This document shows, one piece after another, positions 25,994 to 37,783 of a stretch of DNA of 64,000 bases. How positions within the stretch are numbered: the stretch's first letter is position 1; the number at the start of each line of letters is the position of its first letter. This DNA comes from Puccinia triticina (lineage: Eukaryota), in the NCBI GenBank assembly GCA_026914245.1, contig CP110439.1:8122001-8186000 (forward strand), in the 5' to 3' direction. Made by a program: the position numbers and the translations under genes. Under the pieces are notes generated by a model. That model was not told where the DNA came from. It searched no databases and saw nothing but the letters and a program-made list of their open reading frames with translations.

Positions 25994-26805
25994 GAAAAGT
26001 AAAAGCTTCATGTTGAGACACCAATTGTCCCCCTGATGTACGCGAGTACATGAGGGGGACAATATGACATACTTCGCCTTTCACATCCCCATGAAAAGGA
26101 GAAAATGGTCATGGAGCCAAGAAAGGCCTATATTTTGGATGAGTTCTGGATTAATTCCAGATGAGTTCTGGATTATTCCTTGGCAAGTTATGGTTTATTT
26201 CAGGATGATTTCCAACTGATTTCAAGCTTACTTCCAGTCTTGTTCATACCTATTCAATATTTCTTTACCAAAGGCCTCCAGCAGTTATGGAAGAAAGTTA
26301 CGGTAAGGCACTCCCTGGGGAGTGGGAACATATCTCCCCTGGTGTGTAGGCTTGGAGGGGAGGGCGTTGGTGGTGGTTGTGTTGGGTGGAGGGGGATTGG
26401 GTTTGTTGCAATGGGAGATATGGTGATGGTTGCAGTGTTTCAGGCAAGTGGTGAAAGTCAAGGCAGGGGGGACAAGCTTTAAGGTGGTTTGTTGGTTGAT
26501 TGGAAAGCATCAACGGCGAGGCATTGGGGACAATCTGTAAGGTGTGTGGTGGCAAGTAGCTCCGGACAGCTGATTTAAGGAGCACAGTTCCATCAGCTTG
26601 AGGCCCCAGGGGATCCGGTTTTTTCCTACCCCCTCCCTGGGATCCAACTAATCACTTGACTAGGGTCTTTGTCTGTGTTTAATAGGGTTTTTCACAATAA
26701 GCATTTTTGCTTCCTGCAGCCCTAACTTTTGTTACTTGCAGGTGACATACTCACATAAATTTAAGCCTAAATTTTCAGCAAGAAAACACCTTCAGCAACC
26801 TCTAC

Positions 26806-27007
26806 CCAGCATATCTGGCTGGGAAGAAGTCATCCCAGTTTAACTCGGATGCACTCAACCAATTGAAAATGGGTTGATCTCATCCAATGAAATGTAAAAC
26901 CAAGGGACCTTGAATTTATATTTCATCAGTTGAGATCAACCAAGTTTAAATTGGTTGAGTTCATCCCAGTTTAACTGGGATAACCTCAACCCAGCCAATT
27001 ATGCTGG
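26806..27007. repeat. Foldback inverted repeat or MITE
   Basis: ccagcatatctggctggg..gttgatctc mirrored by gagatcaac..cccagccaattatgctgg. Confidence 0.65.
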
Positions 27008-27199
27008 CAGTGCTCAAAGTTGTTAGATTATGATTAAAGCAGGCACCTAGAGTTAGCCCAACCTGGGTTTGAGTCCTGGTGGAGCCATTTCTTTCTTTTC
27101 TGACAAAAGTGATACTCATGAGTGGCACATCCACCCTTTTAATACAACACACACCTAACCCACTGTGTATTGGATTGCTTGGGTCTGCACAAGTATTGA

Positions 27200-28150
27200 C
27201 ACACCAATACATGTAAAGCCAATGAATTTATTGGTATGGGTGCTGTGATACATGTATTGGGTAGTGATACTTGTATTGCTACATTGATACAAGTATTGCT
27301 ACATTGATACAAGTATTGCTACATTGATACAAGTATTGCTGCATTGACACAAGTATTGCTAACAAGTATTGCTACATCAGTACAAGCATTACTACATCAG
27401 TACAAGTATTGCTACATCAATACCAGTATGGCTACATCAATACAAGTATCACTGCATCAATACAAGTATTGCTAGAACAATACAAGTATTGTTGCACCAA
27501 TACATGTATTGCTACAGCGGCACCTGTATTGATACACCAATACCAGTATTTCTACAGCAATACATGTGTCTTTGCATGCAGCCCTATATGTAACGAATAT
27601 CTTGTTAATTATGGATTAACACGTGCTTTATTTGTTATCCGTTGAAGCTGACTAACAGGATGATTGGCGTTGGATCTCCTTGGCTTTTGTAATCGGGTAA
27701 CATCGCGCATGATTCATGACGTCTTTCATTAACATTTATGTCGTCATTGTATGCTTCTGCGAGCTTGTCTTTATCTCTTTTTCTTCGTATCCGGTTGTTC
27801 CTCCTTTCCTCTCTTTCTCCATCGGAATATTCTTTATCATCATTTCCTCAGAAATCTAAATTATCATTATCAACAAAATCAATTACAAACAATCTGAGTT
27901 ATCCTTATAAGGTTTCTATTTGCACATCGCTTAGAACCTTACATCTAGTTACTATCCAAGCATCGGTGAGTTGTCCTCTTGGATTAAACTTCATAGCCAA
28001 TATATAGCGAATTGGTAGTAGCCTGATCCTCACACTATATCAAGCTATTGGTATAGCAATACAAGTATTGATACACCAATACATGTAGCTTTACAGCAAG
28101 TACAATCATACCTGTATTGCTACAACACAGTATTGCTATAGCAAACATGT
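27200..28150. repeat. 20-bp minisatellite (attgctacattgatacaagt), interrupted by a solo LTR
   Basis: Tandem copies at 27270-27560, resuming at ~28050. Confidence 0.8.
27589..28034. mobile_element. Solo LTR (446 bp), TG..CA, 5-bp TSD CTATA
   Basis: TGTAACG..CCTCACA with CTATA on both sides. Confidence 0.8.
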
Positions 28151-28470
28151 ATCTTCACTAGAGGTGTTGACTGTATGTGTCACCCGTAAGGGGTGACTGT
28201 AGTGTTTCATCAAGATGGGGAGGAGTTGGGAGTGCTCAAGAACATTTCCATCACCCCAGAACTACTTGCACAGGTTTCTTGGGTCATAAAATTTAAGGTG
28301 TGCAGCTTGTGCAGCGCAAGTAAGGAATACTCAAGCTCACTCAAACCTCTTCCCAGGTATCCTTATTGTGAAACCCCCTGTGCGCTATTTATCCAGGAGT
28401 CTAGGATTCTGTGGATTTAAGAAAGTGGGATAGTTTGACACATTGTATCTATAGTTTAGTGGGTTTTGGT

Positions 28471-28919
28471 AACAAAGGGTAGTTACGTTACTCTACGTTA
28501 TCCGACGTTTTTGGGTAACGTAACTACCCTCGTTACCCAGGGCTCCCCGTTACTTTACTAGTAACGGGGGCATTTTAAGCCCCGCGTGTAACGTAACGGG
28601 CCTCAAAAAAGCGGCCCGTTATCGCGTTATCCGCTCGATAACACAAAAACAGACTAATTAAGGCTGTTTTTGCTTTAATATTTGCTTGATATCAGCAGCC
28701 AATGCAAAAACAGATCATTGGAGGCTGTTTTTGCCTTGATATTTGCTTGTTATCAGGGGCCATGTGTGCCCCGATAACGTAAATAATATAAAAATAAGGG
28801 CCTTCCTGTGGTGCAATAACGTAATTGCACCAACGTTACGCGTAACGCGTAGATAACGGCAAAAATTACGGTACGTTACCGTTATCTACGCGTTACGCGT
28901 AGCGTAACTACCCTTTGTT
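28471..28919. mobile_element. MITE with CGTTAC/GTAACG subterminal repeats; TSD GGTTTTGGT (9 bp, or 7 bp if the ends are read as TAAC..GTTG)
   Basis: TIR aacaaagggtagttacg / cgtaactaccctttgtt. Confidence 0.8.
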
Positions 28920-29520
28920 GGTTTTGGTAGGTTTTGGTCATATGAAATACAAGTTTATATCCCTTTTTTGCATACAAAATTCCCATTCCCCTTGGGGCCT
29001 TTCACATCCTGTGACTTTCGCAACCCCTGGAACCCTAAATTTGGGGACTATGCCCTTGTAGGAGAAATAATATCTCGTTGAGGATTGTTTCTTAGGCACT
29101 TGCTTAAGCAAATAAAGAAGGGCAGGAAATTATTGTCAAAGCCACTCGAACGGAGGTCCGGGGGGCCCGCGCAGAGCGCTCTCTTCGCCGCCAGCCACAG
29201 CGCCCACCAGGGACTTGTGTTAAGTTGGACCATTTGTTGCGTCTGGATAGTCATTTGTAGTTGATTTCATCGGACATAAATGCCTGCAAAACTAGAGGAT
29301 TGTCTACATGAATAATGGACTGAAACACTACCAATTGGAAGAACGGGCAGGTTAGGACATTAGCGCTTACTAAAACAATTGCATAGGAAACAGCTGAACA
29401 CAGGAGTCAAAATAAAACAACATGAAGATGATGAAAACATCAAGGCAAGATTTACTTTCTGAAAGAAAATCATCAGATTAGAATGAACCGTACGAAGCGT
29501 TGAATAGTTGTAGGGAAAAT

Positions 29521-30890
29521 TCAAGCAAATTGCGGCTCCACATTGTCTCTTAAAGCCATGTGAACTGCTTTGAATGTAGCGAGAAAACGGGTAACAGCCA
29601 GTTTGAACTGTTCCTTCCATATTGTGTACCATTCGAGGAACTCATGGTGAGACTGGGCTGGAGTTGAAGTTGGATTAGAAGCTTGATCGTCCAAATACTC
29701 GTTTAGAATCTTGATGGGTCCTCTAAAGCAGTTCAGAAGACTAGGCGTCTCCATGCCAACAGCGTGATTCATAGGATTCGGTATTTCAAAGGTGGTCATC
29801 AAAGCTTGTGGGACGCCGGACGTAAGTGTCGCGTGGATGAATTTCGCGAGCTGAATTGGAGGCATCTCCGAGATTGGATGAGATTTGGTCTTGTTGGCTT
29901 TGGAAATCGTTTTGTAGAATAGTCTGGATATTTTGACGAGTGACAGGAAGTCTTGCTGCAATCGTTGGTAAGATTTGAAGACCGGTAAGGATCCTAGATC
30001 TTGGATCAAATGATCAGCCTCTTGCGCCATTGTCCTCCACTCTTCCTGAAGAACTCCGAGATCCGACAGCCCAAGCCATTTGACGACGTCATCTATATAA
30101 TCCCTCATGATGTGTGTATCGTTAATCAACTTTCTCCATCCATAGTGTCCTACTCGCATGTCGGATACTCTCATCGAGATGTGTAACACACCACCATATA
30201 TCTGAAACAATCCCGATAGACTTTCCATAAGATCGAGCATCTTCGTTTGGGTGAATTCGCCTCGATAGCTCGTTACGTCTGGGAGGTTCGCTGGGCCCAT
30301 TTCCGCGGGATCACTGGGGAGCCAAAATGAGGTCATTGAGGTAAAAATGTGATCGACGACGCCCTCAACTTCTTTGAGGGCTTTCAATCCGGCTTGAAAC
30401 TTCGAAGGTTCAATTTGCTCGAAGTGAGCGGGACCGAACAAAATATCGCACACGCGGGAAAGTTTGTCTCGCAAGGACGGCAAAAGGATCTTTTCGATTT
30501 GGCGGGAGTGGCTGCTAAAGTCGGACGACACTTGTAAACGGCGTTGGTTGTCATAAAATTCATCGATGCATCTTTCCGTTTTTCCGATCAGATCTTCAAA
30601 TGCAGTTACGAGTAAAGCTGAGAAGAAAAGAATCATCAATATGGATGGGTTTTATCTGGTGCATACTTCATTGCAATCGGAATTTTCATGGATTAACGGC
30701 ACATGAGCTGACCTGGATCGCGAGGCAGTGCAAGACTACATATGAGGATAGGTTCCGTATCATTAATTTCATGAGCGTGTTCTCGCATCCATTGTACCGG
30801 GTCTCGATCAAATGCCTCCTGATCAAATTCAAGCATCCATGGCTGTGGTTCTCCTTCATGTTCTTCGATCCATTGCTCTGGGATATCCAT
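29521..30890 (-). CDS. Hypothetical helical protein, about 424 aa, exons 30890-30713 and 30617-29521; paralog of 13513-14704
   Basis: 372-aa ORF, phase-1 GTCAG..CAG intron; motifs VKISRLFYKTISK, HPISEM, WYTIWKEQF..RFLAT. Confidence 0.8.
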
Positions 30891-31449
30891 GATTTGTTCG
30901 TTCAATTCTTTCGGTGGGTAGTCTGTGATAAGCTAGACCGTGCTGAGAACAGCGGACACGAAGCAAGATGAGTGGGAGTTGGGTGTGGAAGGATGAGGAT
31001 ATCATTATGGGAAAGCTGGAAGAAAGAGAGAGGAGAAAAAGAAACACTGTACCTGAGGATAGCGGAAGGTGAGTGGGAGTTGGCTGTGGAAGGAGGAAAG
31101 AGTGCTTCCAGAATCCACGCCCTGACCTGTCTCTGGTAAATATAGATACACCATGACATGTGAAAGATGAGTGAAACCGTAGACCCGCTTGGGCGCACTG
31201 TTATACGTCACATGTATTGATGGGCAGCTTTATGACACGCGACCCCCGGGGTTCTCAGAAGCTTGGTGGCAACGGGGGGCGAACTGCGGGTCATAAATTT
31301 GCCCTATGACGTAGGTATATAACGGTGCGTCCAAACGGGGCAAGGAACGAGCTGGTGGGATCACTGCCCTAGCTCGCAGACATTTCAAGCCATCCAACCG
31401 ACAGCGCTAGCAGTAGCAAGCTCATAGCAATTCAATCACAGTGGCAGAA

Positions 31450-34242
31450 AATGTATGTGGCCGTGTGTCTGTTTTAACTGCTTGGAGAATACTTATGCTA
31501 CGCTGAGCCTTGCCATTTTCTTTATGTAGACCACTACTGAGCAGTGATGGATCAATCCCAGATCAACGCACTCACCTATGCCAATTTGAACAAACTAAGT
31601 GTTGGGTTCTTATCTATTGTAGTGGCAAGCGTGTTTCTTTTTTTCTAGCCTTGAGGTCTTGTTCTCCCCTTTTCCGCAAGTGAATATAACAATGGCCAAC
31701 GGGGGGCTCAAATGGAAAGGAAAACTGACTGTTTGTGATCTTGGGCTTTTTGATTGTCATAGCCACTCTCCAGTAGTCTAGCAGGATGCTTAACGTATCA
31801 GTTTATCAATTACTTGAACACCAAAATGTTCACTCAAACTCAAGCCCAACATCAAATGCCGAACCACGTCCAAAAACAAATGTCACCATCCCCAGCTTAT
31901 CATCAAACCCACCAGTTTCAAGAGAAACCTAAAAAGATTGCATATCTTGACCGGAATAACAATGAAATCGAGGGGGAGGTCGTGGTTGGACAGTTGGAAA
32001 CTAAAAAGGCTGAAGAGCTTGACGTCAAACCTCGAAGTTTGCCCCTTCATCCATCGACTTTCCACAGCAATTACCAACCCGAATTCTTTGACATAAGAGT
32101 TGATAACCAACACGATTATTCTTGCAATAGGCGAAATTGGTTCAGCCGTTTGAATATCTTCCACCAACAATTCGAATTTTTAAATGATAAATTCAATGTA
32201 CTCGTATTTTTCATTCTCATGGCAAACCTATTTAGTCTCGTGCGTCATCACTTTGTCATCTTATTTTGTCTGCTCTGGAAATTGTCAAGAAATCTGACTG
32301 CTGACTTGCTACTTAATATGTTTACTTTGGGGAATGGTTGATTGGGGTCGTTCAGGCACTGGAAATACTTGTGCGTGTCAATTTTTCCTGATTATTTACT
32401 GTTTTGGAATTCTACCAGAAGTTGACCGGTGGATTTTTACTTCTTTCTTCTTGGAAATGGTTTATCGGGGTCTTTAAAGGTATTTAAATCTTTGGCTCAT
32501 CATACTTTAGTCGACGCAGGCTTAACTCGAGTTTACAGCTGGCAATTATCAAACTTGCTTGTCGTCAACTTGTGGGTTCTACCTCGGCTCACTGAACATT
32601 TTTTCTTGCTCTGTTCCATGGTGGGATCCGAAGCTGATTAGACGTTGAGCCTTTTTGACTATCCTTAGCTTGATATCCACAGGCACTAGAGTATACTTTG
32701 CTAGATTGGCATCAACCATGCTAAGAGCACCGAAGTTGTTCTTAGTTTGTTCATTAATCCTACTCTTAATCAGTCTAGGCGGCTTGATTTTTCAGTCAGT
32801 TTTGGTCGGAGCCCATTTGATTGACTATGATCAGATCCGGGTAATCTTTACTCGTAGTGGAAGCGTGGACCAAACTCTTACAGATTTTGTCAACGATCTT
32901 GGTGATTATTTCAGATTAATTGGTCTCCATAGAATCCGACTAGATATTCTCCAATTAGCTTGGTTAGGGCCACCTCTCGCATGGGACCTATTAATCACAA
33001 CAGTCTTAATGTTCAACGCTTTGGATTCTCGCAAGCGCTGTCGATTTGGGTCAGCTGATGGAAGAATCTCTTTGGGAATTACCATCATGTTTGAGTAAGT
33101 AAGGAAGACTTGTGCAGACCTTACAGACTGGTGTCATGAGATGCAGATCACAATCAGCATAACCGATATTGATTTGATCTGTTTCTTCCTTTCCGTGGAC
33201 CCACTTCCCCAACAATGACTGCTAGAACTATGTTCCTCGTCACTTTGGCTACTTTCATTGTGTTGTGTATCTGCCTTGGTAAGACTACTTTCGCAGCGCG
33301 TCGGTTATAACGGTGCTCACTCGTGCCAGTTTTAATATGTTGGGTTTTAGTTCTAGGCGGTAAAGTAGCTATAGATTTTGAAAGAATGAACACACTTTAT
33401 GGTGGATTTGATGGTTTTGTGACCAAGTTACATACCATTTCAATCTGTAGGTTCTAAAACCCGAAATCTACCGCTTCTTTTGGCTTGGCTTGCCCTTATC
33501 CATGCATGCCGTATCACGAAAAACTGATCCCGTTTTTTGTTCATTTTGGTTCAACCAATCAAAAGTTTGCAGCTTACAGCACAAAGTGAATGACAGGTTG
33601 AGGTTGGAGCAGAAGCTTATCATCAGTTCGCAAAGGACGCGCGACTCGGCTCTCAGTGGATATGGTCTTGGGCACAGTGTAGGATCTGGAGACCCCACCT
33701 ATCACGGAAGGCAATCCACCAGGAAAGGACCGCAAGCAGTTTAATTCCCCGATTTTGCTGAAACAGACCTCGAGGTTTCTGAAGAAGACGGAAGTGTTGT
33801 GGTTGAGGGTAGCGAGGAGAATGAGTTTGATGAACGCAATGTGGATGACGAAACGGAGGAAGAAAACACATCAGTCCACGCCACCGAAAACTCGAGAGTA
33901 AACCGTCTGGCGCCAGCTATCGAATGTTGTAACTTGGCGCATCTATCACAAAAACAAATCGTGCTAAATAAATTCAACGTTGAAGACTTCGATGTCAAAT
34001 TTCCGGAACAAGCCAAGATCATGAACCATCATCATGTTGCGAAGACCTCTGAAATTGAAGGGTTAGCTAGTGGGCCAGTGGTGGATTGCCCACCTGGGTT
34101 GCAATCAAACTTAGGCTTGAAGATATTCGAAGACCCACAGGAATTGATAGATGCCCAACACCATCACATTCGCCCGCACCATGCACACTCCAATCCCAAT
34201 CCCAATTTTAAATCGGCCGTTTCATCTCCGAGGCCGGGGTAA
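31450..34242 (+). CDS. Multi-exon integral membrane protein resembling basidiomycete DUF6534-like multi-TM proteins; exon boundaries only partly resolved
   Basis: ORFs 31814, 32655 and 33799 with short GT-AG introns; several hydrophobic helices with a YFARL..W..DLLIT..R.G.AD..I pattern; polar tails. Confidence 0.55.
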
Positions 34243-35190
34243 ATACTTCTCTTATTGCGTTGCCTTCCTCCTTTTCTTGCTATGCACCCGCTGATCACTG
34301 CTATATATTTCACTTGAATGATCATGGTTTCTCTCGGGCAAAAAAAAAAAAATCGGATTCGACCGCGATAAAGTTTTGCACCGAATCAATCGATTCCATG
34401 AAATGCCACGAGAAGGTTATTGCTGCTTGTAAGAAAACAAGCAGGCTAGGCTGTTTAGTGAAGACCGCAGCAATTTGCGATGAATCAGTAAGATTCTCGA
34501 AAACGCCTTCCCAGCTGAACATTTTTTTACTTCTTCCATGACCACCGACATTATATAGATCAAGTTAAAGTGCACCTCTTCCTCACCGGGGAAGTATCAA
34601 CTTTATTGTATACTTTTTTTCATCCAATATTCGTCATCAATCATACATGTATTTTTTGTTTTGCCGATTTATCTCGTTCTGGTCGATTTTTAAACTTTGT
34701 ATCAGGATCACAACAAGTGAATGCATAAATGTAGTTTTATCAATTTTGAAATTTCTTATATACACCACGGCTGCAAGAAAAGTTTCTTGTGACTGATGTG
34801 AAAAGTTTTAGGTTTTCAAGTGGTGTGCAAAAAGTTTTGTGGTTTGAGTTTGGTTATGGGAAACGTTTTTGGGTGTGAAAAGTTTTGAAAAAGGTTTTCA
34901 CAGTTCCAATGCGGTTATGGAAAAGTTTTGCAGTTTTCAAACGGTTATCGGAAAAGTTTCCGGTTTGGAGATGGTTTTGGGAAAGTTTCTGCTCTCCCCC
35001 AACCATTTTGAAATGTTTCAGGAAACTTATTAGTCTCCAGAAACTTCTGGCCCGAACTTTTCACCCAAACCTTTCAATCTGGTTCAAGATAAAGTTTATT
35101 GGAAAGTTATCCAGCCTGACAAAACGTTTCCGGATGGAAAAAGTTATTTGGCCGCTCCAAAAAGTTGGCCAAAACTTTCCTTGAAAATAA

Positions 35191-36717
35191 GGGCCTGTAC
35201 CATAGCCGGGAAAAAAACAGTTTTTCCCCCGGAAATTAATTTATTTGCAAAAAAACTGTTTTCACCAAAAAACATGTACCACAGCGCCTGTTTTTTGACA
35301 TATCCGGAAAATAGTTTTCCTCGAAAATGGGTGCTTTTCAAAAACAGGTCTAACCCTGTTTTTTGGAAGCTATTTTTCCACTTCTCTGCACTGCACCAAC
35401 ATCCAAGCAGCATGCCCAAGTCCATCGACAATCTCATCGACCCTGTTGTCCTAATGGACACCATCCCACCACCCACATCGGAACCCAACCTGCCAACAAC
35501 GCCTGCTCCGATGCCTCAATCCAAGAAATTCAAGCCCAATAAAGTCGTCTGTACTCGAGAACGACGGCTATTAATAGGAGTACACTCCCTCCTTGATTCC
35601 CGGTCCGTACCTGCCATCAAAAGTCACTCGCCCAATTCTTGATGACCGGCTTGTTCCAATCCTTGAGAGGAGTATGTACTTCCCAAGATGACCGGAACAA
35701 GCCGGTCATCAAGAGGAAGATGTACTGATCAAGATGACCGGTTTGTTCCGGTCATCAAGGAAGTATGCACTCCTCCCGATGACCGGAACGAACCCTTCCC
35801 TTGATGACCGGGTCGTTACGGTCATTTGGAGGAGTGCATATTCCCTTGATGACCGGAACGAACTGGTCATCAAGAGGAGTATCCACTCCTCTCGATGACC
35901 GGTTTGTTGCGGTCATCTTGAGGAGTACATCTTCCACTCGATGACCAGTTCGTTCCGGTCATCAAGGGAGTATGCACTCCTCCCGATGGCCGGAACGAAC
36001 CGGTCATCTAGAGGTAGATATGATGACCGGTTTGTTCCGGTCATCTTGATGAGTACACCCTCTCGACCACCGGTTCGTTCCGGTCATCTTGAGGAGTACA
36101 CCCTCCTCTCGATGACTGGTTCGTTCCGGTCATCGGGAGGAGTGCATACTCCCTTGATGACCGGAATGAACTGGTCATCGAGTGGAAGATGTACTCCTCA
36201 AGATGACCGCAACAAACCGGTCATCGAGAGGAGTGGATCCTCCGGTCATCTTGAGGAGTAGATACTCCTCTTGATGACCAGTTTGTTCCGGTCATTGAGG
36301 GAATATGCACTCCTCCAAATGACCGTAACAACCCGGTCATTGAGGGAAGTGATTACTCCTGCGGTCATCGAGAGGAGTAATCACTTCCCTGGATGACCGG
36401 TTCATTTCGGCCATCTGGAGGAGTAACCAAAGGACATTGAGGGGAGCTCTCGATGATCAAACGGACCTGTCATCAAGGGGAATAGTCTTGCATCTGATCA
36501 CATGGTCTTTTTATTGGGTATTGGTCAGCTGGATCTCCGATGATGTCGATGCAATGGTGGTTGATTGTGGATATCCTGGAGCCATGGTGGGATGTTTGTG
36601 GTACACGTTTTTCACATTCTGTTTTTTCAGAAATGTGTTTTTCAAAAAAACGGAAAAGCGCAAAAAAAAAACTATTTTACCTGCACCAAAAAAACAAATT
36701 TTGTATGGTACAGGCCC
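35191..36717. mobile_element. PIF/Harbinger non-autonomous element; TSD TAA
   Basis: TIR gggcctgtaccata / tatggtacaggccc; TAA on both sides. Confidence 0.88.
35590..36480. repeat. Palindromic minisatellite, ~41-bp unit (gatgaccgg-N6-ccggtcatc plus gaggag..ctcctc)
   Basis: Roughly 20 tandem units visible. Confidence 0.85.
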
Positions 36718-37676
36718 TAAAAAGTTTTCAAAACCACTTAAAGTGGTTATCTGGGAAGTTTCACCTTTCTTGGAAGGTTTCCAAGAAAATTTCCAGATAT
36801 CTTTGCATATCCAGCTTTCCCACAAGGCCAACCCAACCGGGCTCTTGGGATCCAAGTGCCCCACATTCTTCAACTTGAACCTTCAGCCCACTCTCGAGTT
36901 CTGCCTGCCCTCCCAACAAAACAACCATGGCCGATCCCCCATCCAAATCCGACTACAATACCCACCAACCCAACTCCATCAACAGTGATGTTTCCTCCTT
37001 GTTTGACGTGGCAACCGGGCCCCCTGCTACCAACATTTGTGAGGTTCATTACGAGGTTTCAGAGACCCCCACCAACGCTGCTATCTACATCAGCTACAAG
37101 TTTTATGCCAACATTTGATACAATGCTGGCGACGCTGTGGGGTACAAAAGCATCCAGACCAACCACCATCTTCAGCCCTTGACCATCAGCGCCGCAGACA
37201 TGAACTCCTTTGACTTGGCCACCTTCAAGGCGCGGATCATTGCCTACATTCACCAGACCAGCAAGAAATACCCCGTCAATATCATTGCAGTATACTCAGA
37301 TTCCAGGTCCATCCTCACCTGGAACCATGCATTCACCAAAGGCCTCGTCCAACATCCAGCCGCGCTCGCAATGACACCCCTCACCTGCTTTCCCACTTTC
37401 CGGTTTGAGGCGATGGACACCCACTTGGGGTGGAGAATATGGCTTTCCCTCGAGATGGATCCCAATGTCCTTGTTGTTGAGCTAGTCAATGTTGTCTACA
37501 TTTCCTTCTCTTTTTCTGCTTCATACATGTTGTCTCCATGTCACTCACATTTCACACATTGTAGTTAGTCTACCTGATGCAGCGGGCGTGGAAGGACTTC
37601 TCCCTCATCCTTTCACACTCATCGTCACTCACCATCGCCTCGTGCCCGCTTCCATCAGTCTGAGTTTAGCTCATCA

Positions 37677-37688
37677 GGTTATGAGCCC
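37677..37688 (+). promoter_or_regulatory. Copia PBS complementary to the anticodon stem-loop of initiator tRNA-Met (half-tRNA priming)
   Basis: ggttatgagccc is the reverse complement of GGGCTCATAACC. Confidence 0.85.
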
Positions 37689-37783
37689 GCGCTAGGCTCC
37701 AACTACGAAGACGACGCACGTTAAAAATTGGTAAAACGAGTGATAAAAGTGTGCGCTCATAGGATCAACTCTCTCTCACCACA

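Larger units (their letters stand above)
22472..26344. mobile_element. CACC-ended CMC/EnSpm-like non-autonomous element; 38-bp perfect TIR; 3-bp TSD TGT
   Basis: caccaggggagatatgttcccactccccagggagtgcc and its exact reverse complement at 26307-26344. Confidence 0.8.

Noticed and set aside
27200..27560. His/Tyr/Gln-rich ORFs
   Set aside because: Translation of a 20-bp minisatellite.
35590..36480. CRISPR-like array of palindromic repeats
   Set aside because: The spacers are themselves repeats, there are no cas genes, and the context is a eukaryotic TE.
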